IMG/VR virus record: IMGVR_UViG_3300023049_000005
Span: 186,001 to 250,000 of that record
Direction: 5' to 3' (one strand)
Length of the DNA: 64,000 nt
The notes under the pieces are model-generated. The model saw nothing but the letters and a program-made list of their open reading frames with translations. It made no database searches and was not told the DNA's origin. The position numbers and the translations under genes were made by a program. Positions 58,758 to 64,000 of the stretch are shown one piece after another. Numbering within the stretch: the first letter of the stretch is position 1; every line of letters starts with the position of its first letter.

Positions 58758-59280
58758 TATAAAGTTCTATTATAGCTTCTTTTTCTTTATCTGTATTAGA
58801 AATATTCCATTGCCAAGCATAGCTACATTCGATGAAATCTATACTAGCTTTTATTTTATTGATTTTTTCTTTAATTAAATTAGTATCATCTTCTTTGAAC
58901 TCAAAGTCAATCTTCAAATCATTACATATTAGATATAATGATAGTATATCATTGTTTTTATAGTGTTCACTTGCTCTAAGATAATATTCAGAAAGATCTT
59001 CTGTTACATCAGGGTGTGTTTTCTTAGCTATTTTACGAAATACATCTTTTGCTTTTTGGTCAATATTCTTCTTTAGTTTAAGTTTGCCTAGATCTATTCT
59101 TTTATTAGTAGAACTATCATCCGCTATCCTAATATCTTCTCTTTGTTCGATTGTTTTCCCTATCTGTTGAATGAATTTTTGATTCGCTTCATCCATACAC
59201 TCTTGTTTATATTCTAAATCAGCATTCAAATAGTCTAATTCTTTAAACAGTTTGTTTACTTCTAGGGTTTTCTTGTCCAT
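58741..59280 (-). CDS. J-domain-like protein (central HPD)
   Basis: KDVFRKIAKKTHPDV flanked by coiled coils. Confidence 0.65.
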   Translation of the reverse strand: MDKKTLEVNKLFKELDYLNADLEYKQECMDEANQKFIQQIGKTIEQREDIRIADDSSTNKRIDLGKLKLKKNIDQKAKDVFRKIAKKTHPDVTEDLSEYYLRASEHYKNNDILSLYLICNDLKIDFEFKEDDTNLIKEKINKIKASIDFIECSYAWQWNISNTDKEKEAIIELYIKDNL

Positions 59281-59315
59281 TAAAATGAGATATATTTATT
59301 AATATATATAATAAT

Positions 59316-59759
59316 ATGAAACGTACTATAAATAATTTCGAAAATTGGGTAACAATAAATGAAGAAGGCGGTGCTGCAGGTGGTGGCGCAGGCGCAGGAG
59401 CAGCAGGTGGTGGAACAGGTGCAGGAGTAGCATCAGGTTCAGGATCAGGTGATGCTTCGGCAGGAACGACTCCTGTATCAACAGGTGGGGTAGCTTACTT
59501 CAACCAAGGATCTGTTGATGGAATGGGTGCTGTTAAAAATTCAACAGTTTCTCCCGTACCAGGCTCACCAAAAGAGAGTGAAGCAGGATCAGGTGATGTA
59601 TCATTACCCGCATTTACTTTTACTAAAGACACAGGTATAACAGGAAATAAGTTCCACAAAATGGGTAAAGTAAAAGTTGATATGGGTACAATCAAAAAGA
59701 TAAAAGATAAAGTAGGTCTAGGTAAAGTTAAATCTTTCGAAGACTTCTTAAATAAATAA
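59316..59759 (+). CDS. Gly-rich low-complexity protein with CTS-like motifs at both ends
   Basis: MKRTINNFENWVTINEE ... KVKSFEDFLNK; TAATATATA at 59300-59308. Confidence 0.7.
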   Translation: MKRTINNFENWVTINEEGGAAGGGAGAGAAGGGTGAGVASGSGSGDASAGTTPVSTGGVAYFNQGSVDGMGAVKNSTVSPVPGSPKESEAGSGDVSLPAFTFTKDTGITGNKFHKMGKVKVDMGTIKKIKDKVGLGKVKSFEDFLNK

Positions 59760-59769
59760 TTAAAGTAAT

Positions 59770-60534
59770 ATGAGATTTGTAAAAAAATATGATAAATTCT
59801 TAGAAAGTTATTCAGAAGATATCGATGAAGTAATGGATGATAAAGATAACGAATACGTTCTAATAGAAAATGGTGAAGTAAACTCAGCGTTTGAAACAGT
59901 AGAAACAGCATTCGAATACTTAGCTGATATGTTAGAAGACAAAAAGCAATTAGATATTGATCAAAAAGAAGAATTTTTAGAAATCACTAAAGAAGAATTG
60001 GGTAAACTAGATTCTGAAATCATATTACAAGAAGAGATAGATTTCGTATTAAACTTCATATTAGATCGTTTTAATATAGTAGAACCTTTTGAAATCAAAG
60101 CTAGAATAGAAATAGAAGATACTCCAATAGATGATACTATCGATACAGAACTAGAAGAACTATTAGGAGAAAGTAAAGAATATTTAATATTCTCATCTGA
60201 TGGGAAAGAATTAGATGGTTTTGATAGTAAAGAAGAAGCAGATGATTTTAAAGAAGAATATGATAAAGTCTATAACAGTTGTAAAGTAGTTCATAAAGAT
60301 GATATGATTAAAGAATCTGTTTTATCCGAGAGAGGTTGTGATTGTGAAGATTGTGAATGCCATAAAACAGGATTGTGTTCATGTGGATCAGATTGTAGTT
60401 GTACTAAATGTAAGTTAATTAAAGTACATATGCGTCATTGTAACCAAGGAGATTTTGAAGATTCTTGTAAGTATGGTGATCCTAATTGCCCTATGTTAAA
60501 CCAAGAGCAAGAAGAAGATACTTTTTCAAAGTAA
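59770..60534 (+). CDS. Acidic CTS-bearing protein with metallothionein-like Cys cluster
   Basis: MRFVKKYDKFLES; CDCEDCECHKTGLCSCGSDCSCTKC...HC......CKYGDPNCP. Confidence 0.7.
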   Translation: MRFVKKYDKFLESYSEDIDEVMDDKDNEYVLIENGEVNSAFETVETAFEYLADMLEDKKQLDIDQKEEFLEITKEELGKLDSEIILQEEIDFVLNFILDRFNIVEPFEIKARIEIEDTPIDDTIDTELEELLGESKEYLIFSSDGKELDGFDSKEEADDFKEEYDKVYNSCKVVHKDDMIKESVLSERGCDCEDCECHKTGLCSCGSDCSCTKCKLIKVHMRHCNQGDFEDSCKYGDPNCPMLNQEQEEDTFSK

Positions 60535-61464
60535 TTCGTAACTATTATTCTTACCGTCAATTAAATAAGAGACACATTCTTTATTCTCTGCATATTTATA
60601 CCCCGCTTCCCACCATTTTTCGGATAACTCTTTATCAAATATTAAAGCATTATTAGTAAGTCTTTTATTTAAGTAATGAAAGTTTATTTGTATTTTCTTA
60701 GTAGCATGATGTGCTAAATACCCTATGTCAATTTGATGATCTTTAATTTTATTCATCATTAGTAATAGTAATTTTATCTGATAATGTAATATATTTCTAA
60801 TATGCTCAATAGCCCAATCTGTTTTTTCTTTATCTAGTACGATTACATCTATTATATCATTCTTATCCAAGATAGCTTGTTTAATTGGAACTTGTGTTGA
60901 AACACCACCATCAGTATAATGACATCCGTTTATTTCAGGTAAACTCATAAAAGGAGGCGCACAAGTAGATGCCCACATCCAATCACAAAATTCTTCATAG
61001 GTATAATCCTTTAAATCCTTTTCTTCAGGCATACCTGTTGACATATTAGTAACTACGATCAATATTTTTTTACCACTGTTGATCAGATCAATATAATTAT
61101 CTTTTGTGAAAAATTTAGGAATTGTGTGTGTCCTTAACTTTGTAGTATCCCCCAAAGCAATCTGTTTATTGATAATAATATTCTTAAATATATTCCAATA
61201 GTTTACACCATAGATATAAATACCATTACTTTGTTTTTCGATTTTAAACGGATTAATTGAGAATATATCATCCATTGTAATAGATGAAAACGCTGTCTTT
61301 AATTTGTTGTAATTATTAGTAGCCGCAAAAGGAATTAAAAGAGATCCTATAGATGAACCATATAAATTATCATAAGTTATTCCGTTTCTAATATAATATT
61401 CTATAATCCCACCTGCGTAAGCTCCCTTAGACCCACCGACACTTATAACTAGACCTCTCTTCAT
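60526..61464 (-). CDS. Patatin-like phospholipase
   Basis: LVISVGGSKGAY oxyanion loop, GSSIG nucleophile elbow, WASTCAP, YTDGG. Confidence 0.88.
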   Translation of the reverse strand: MKRGLVISVGGSKGAYAGGIIEYYIRNGITYDNLYGSSIGSLLIPFAATNNYNKLKTAFSSITMDDIFSINPFKIEKQSNGIYIYGVNYWNIFKNIIINKQIALGDTTKLRTHTIPKFFTKDNYIDLINSGKKILIVVTNMSTGMPEEKDLKDYTYEEFCDWMWASTCAPPFMSLPEINGCHYTDGGVSTQVPIKQAILDKNDIIDVIVLDKEKTDWAIEHIRNILHYQIKLLLLMMNKIKDHQIDIGYLAHHATKKIQINFHYLNKRLTNNALIFDKELSEKWWEAGYKYAENKECVSYLIDGKNNSYELL

Positions 61465-61505
61465 TAATTTATATATAAATTAATGTTTAGTTTGTCTGAT
61501 AAACA

Positions 61506-62288
61506 TTAAATAAAAACCATATTCCCGTTCTTATAATGAACAAATTCTTTACCTAACATCTCAGCCCATTCTTCCTTAGTGGCAGTCTGTTTTCCAAAGA
61601 CTGTTGTGTTATCTGCACACCACTCACATAGGTCTTCTAAATTATCAAACACAGGGGATTTAGGAGAACCCTCACTTGTTGTTTCCCATAATTGAAATCC
61701 TTCACCCTTTGGTGGATCAGTTGATTCCCATTCTTCGTATAAGTTTTTAGATTCTTCACTATCCCATACTACACCTTCACCATCACAAATTTCACATAGT
61801 CCATATACTCCAATGTCCTTAGCTCTCGCCTTCACACAAATATGCATATTAATACCATCATGTCCCATTCCTTCTCTGTTCCATTTATTTACTTCATCAG
61901 GCGTAGGTATATATCCATTGTTATAAGGAAGCCAACTGTTACCACCGTTTTTTACCTTTTCTTCTACCTCTTTCTTTTGTTCCTCATTTAAAGGAACTCT
62001 TGTGAAGTCCATTAACCTACCTGATTCTAATAGAGCATTAATTTCAACTTCCGTGATATTATTAGAATGTGCTAATTTATTATACCTTCTACCATTACCA
62101 AGATATTCCCAATCTTGTTCATCGAATGAATACCATTCTTCTGATATCTTTTTAGTTTCTTTATTATATCCCGATTGGTCACAAGATATACAATCCACGG
62201 CTGTATATAGTGGATTTAAATATCCTTTCCATTTTTTACCTAATTCCCAATCGAAATCCATTGGTACTCTTTTTAATTCTCTACCCAT
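61506..62288 (-). CDS. Hypothetical phage protein with split CxxC zinc finger
   Basis: Start reassigned to MGRELKRVP (ATG 62288); CISCDQSG, CEICDGEG, GEGFQLWETTSEGSP.SPVF. Confidence 0.7.
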   Translation of the reverse strand: MGRELKRVPMDFDWELGKKWKGYLNPLYTAVDCISCDQSGYNKETKKISEEWYSFDEQDWEYLGNGRRYNKLAHSNNITEVEINALLESGRLMDFTRVPLNEEQKKEVEEKVKNGGNSWLPYNNGYIPTPDEVNKWNREGMGHDGINMHICVKARAKDIGVYGLCEICDGEGVVWDSEESKNLYEEWESTDPPKGEGFQLWETTSEGSPKSPVFDNLEDLCEWCADNTTVFGKQTATKEEWAEMLGKEFVHYKNGNMVFI

Positions 62289-62289
62289 T

Positions 62290-62739
62290 TTAGTTGTGTT
62301 TAATATCTCTTTCTGCTTGTCGATCAATGTCTTTACTTTTAATAGAATCTTTCTTATCATATAATTTCTTACCCTTACCAACCCCAATTTCTAATTTAGC
62401 CCAATTGTTAACGATCAGTAATTTAATAGGAATTAATGAATATCCTTTTTCTTCTATTTTTTTAGTTATCTTCTTAATCTCTTGTTTAGTAAGTAATAGT
62501 TTCCTCTCTCTTGTTTCATCGTGTTTTTCACCAAACTTATACTCTTTGATATACATATTCTTAACATATATTTCCCCGTCATTAATTATACAGAAAGACT
62601 CTTTGATAGAGCATGATCCTTCCCTAACACTTTTTATTTCAGTACCTAATATTCTAAGACCTGCAACAAAAGTTTCCCCTATCTCATAATTGAAATAAGC
62701 TTTCTTATTGTTTACTATTGTTTCTATTTTCTTTGACAT
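62290..62739 (-). CDS. smpB: SsrA-binding protein SmpB
   Basis: NKKAYFNYEI, AGL.I.GTEIKSVR, RERKLLL.KQEI, LIPIK, AKLEIGVGKGKKLYDKK; start reassigned to ATG 62739. Confidence 0.93.
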   Translation of the reverse strand: MSKKIETIVNNKKAYFNYEIGETFVAGLRILGTEIKSVREGSCSIKESFCIINDGEIYVKNMYIKEYKFGEKHDETRERKLLLTKQEIKKITKKIEEKGYSLIPIKLLIVNNWAKLEIGVGKGKKLYDKKDSIKSKDIDRQAERDIKHN

Positions 62740-62749
62740 ATTAATATAG

Positions 62750-63070
62750 TTAAATGCTATCAATAAGTTTATCTCTGAGTTCAGCTTTAATTAAGTTTAC
62801 TATTTTTTCTTTATTTCTTCTATATAAGTAAACAGTAATAGTTTCTAATTTGAAATCATTCAGATCTAATTTTTCTAAATCTAATATGATATAACGCAAA
62901 AATCCATCAGGTGATACTCTCCTTTCATGATAAGCATTACCCTTTAATAAAGATCTATCTTGATATAATAATTTCTTCATTAGTTTTTCATTACCAATAG
63001 AATTACCTTCCTTGTCTTTTAATATACTAGGATTATTTAGTAAATCTCTTATTACTATAAAGTCGCTCAT
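62750..63070 (-). CDS. Hypothetical protein with C-terminal RD tag; paralog of next gene
   Basis: FIVIRDLLNNPSILK...; ends ELRDKLIDSI. Confidence 0.75.
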   Translation of the reverse strand: MSDFIVIRDLLNNPSILKDKEGNSIGNEKLMKKLLYQDRSLLKGNAYHERRVSPDGFLRYIILDLEKLDLNDFKLETITVYLYRRNKEKIVNLIKAELRDKLIDSI

Positions 63071-63384
63071 AAGCTATCAATAAAAGAATCCCTCAATTCA
63101 ATAGTAACCATCTTCTTTATTTCTTCATTGTCTATAAAGATATAATCAATTATATCAATATCAGACATCATAATAAATTTTTGATTTAAATCGATAACTA
63201 AGTATTTATTTATATAATATTCAATAATTTGACCATGTTTTATAACATCATCAATACCGAAATGAGTTCCGCTATCATATTGAATTAATCTCTTTATAAA
63301 ATCAATATTACCCCTATTCTCATTGTTTTTATACTTAACAATAGTTGGGTTATTATATATATCCTTAATCAGAATAAAATTCAT
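63067..63384 (-). CDS. Hypothetical protein with C-terminal RD tag
   Basis: FILIKDIYNNPTIVK...; ends ELRDSFIDSL; TATCTTTG at 63389-63396(-). Confidence 0.75.
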   Translation of the reverse strand: MNFILIKDIYNNPTIVKYKNNENRGNIDFIKRLIQYDSGTHFGIDDVIKHGQIIEYYINKYLVIDLNQKFIMMSDIDIIDYIFIDNEEIKKMVTIELRDSFIDSL

Positions 63385-63402
63385 AATACAAAGATAAGAA
63401 AA

Positions 63403-63999
63403 TTATATCATATTATCAGCTTTTAACTCTCTGTATAATTCTTCTTCTGTTTTACAATTAGAATAATTTAACTTATAATGTTTTTTCATTTTTCGAATAA
63501 CTCCTTTGATTCCCTTATGGTCTTTTAATAAAGCTTTAAATTCTTCATCACTTTCCCAAGTATCATCTTTCCCAATAGTAGTAGTGATTTCTTGGTCGAA
63601 TTCAAATTGGTATAATTCGTCTATTTTAGTTATCCAATTTATTTTAGTATAATAAATATGGTCATCTATATTTAAAGCTATATTACCTTCCTTATCTATA
63701 GATAGGGGGGTATATGCTTTATTTTTATCGTGTTCGGGATAATCATGGATATATTCTACATATATCTTCTTTCCGTCCATTATAAGCTCTGCTATTTCTT
63801 CCTCTGCTACTGATTCTAATTTCATTAGGTTAGGAATTAAATCGACATGATATCTCGATCCTAATTTAATTATAGTTGGGATAATAACAATTGAAGCGGG
63901 TAATACTAATAATGTGCTTATACCTAATAATTTTAAGATATCAAGAACTTGATCTCTAAAATAGTTTACTTCTTCTTGTGATATTGGTATTCTGTTCAG
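63403..63999 (-). CDS. Hypothetical protein, 5'-truncated by window edge, with LETM1-like hydrophobic segment
   Basis: Frame is open upstream of ATG 63825 to the window end: ...EEVNYFRDQVLDILKLLGISTLLVLPASIVIIPTIIKLG...LIP. Confidence 0.6.
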   Translation of the reverse strand: MNRIPISQEEVNYFRDQVLDILKLLGISTLLVLPASIVIIPTIIKLGSRYHVDLIPNLMKLESVAEEEIAELIMDGKKIYVEYIHDYPEHDKNKAYTPLSIDKEGNIALNIDDHIYYTKINWITKIDELYQFEFDQEITTTIGKDDTWESDEEFKALLKDHKGIKGVIRKMKKHYKLNYSNCKTEEELYRELKADNMI

Positions 64000-64000
64000 A

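Noticed and set aside
95-62689. Many antisense or alternate-frame ORFs in the track (e.g. 95..523, 10017..10382, 21147..21689, 53571..54128, 62294..62689)
   Set aside because: They overlap well-supported genes and have S/L/F/I-rich shadow-frame composition.
62290-62739. RD tag being an encoded mimic of the tmRNA degradation tag
   Set aside because: The motif does not resemble ssrA tags, which end in small hydrophobic residues such as LAA; no sequence link to SmpB beyond proximity.
1-64000. Genome-wide TAG (or TGA) stop-codon reassignment as in Lak or some crAss-like phages
   Set aside because: Long genes are intact in code 11, and TAG ends conserved genes at natural C-termini (gp46, PolB, Nudix, T9SS cargo); only one in-frame TAG interruption was found.
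1-64000. tRNA, tmRNA, rRNA or CRISPR arrays
   Set aside because: Intergenic gaps are mostly under 100 bp, and I saw no cloverleaf/TTCGA arm or regularly spaced repeats; a covariance search was not possible.
1-64000. Bacterial chromosome or eukaryotic giant virus origin
   Set aside because: Housekeeping-like genes are isolated among T4-like structural/replication genes and ORFans, without bacterial operon context; SmpB, the T9SS CTD and bacterial promoter motifs argue against an NCLDV.

Overview
Very AT-rich, densely coding 64-kb segment of a large (jumbo-type) T4-like myovirus genome. The host is most likely a Bacteroidota bacterium, judged from TAnnTTTG host-type promoters, a T9SS C-terminal sorting-domain protein and a Bacteroidota-style FMN glutamate-synthase-family gene. 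Recognisable phage core genes: gp46/SbcC ATPase, probable sliding clamp, the C-terminal half of a split family-B DNA polymerase, gp13-like neck protein, gp5-like baseplate spike, tail-fibre-like proteins and a 3190-aa repeat protein. Auxiliary genes: DnaJ plus a second J-domain protein, FKBP PPIase, SmpB, glutamine synthetase II, glutamate synthase family protein, dCMP deaminase, Nudix hydrolase, patatin, M28 peptidase, AAA+ ATPase and a 7-gene glycosyl/methyl-transferase cluster. The most striking unexplained structure is two dispersed peptide 'tags' on otherwise unrelated proteins. (1) A C-terminal R-[DE]-x-x-[IL]-[DNES]-x-[ILV]-L helix occurs on 12 small proteins (plus 2 internal copies), several of them behind early/middle-type promoters. 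(2) An N-terminal MKxIKxFxxF(x)xE motif resembling the T4 capsid-targeting sequence occurs on about 11 proteins transcribed from a TAATATATA late-type motif; cargo includes ART-like, ParB-like and metallothionein-like domains. Three candidate promoter classes can be read from the intergenic DNA. No tRNA, rRNA or CRISPR array was seen. All functional calls come from motif recognition by eye, not database searches.
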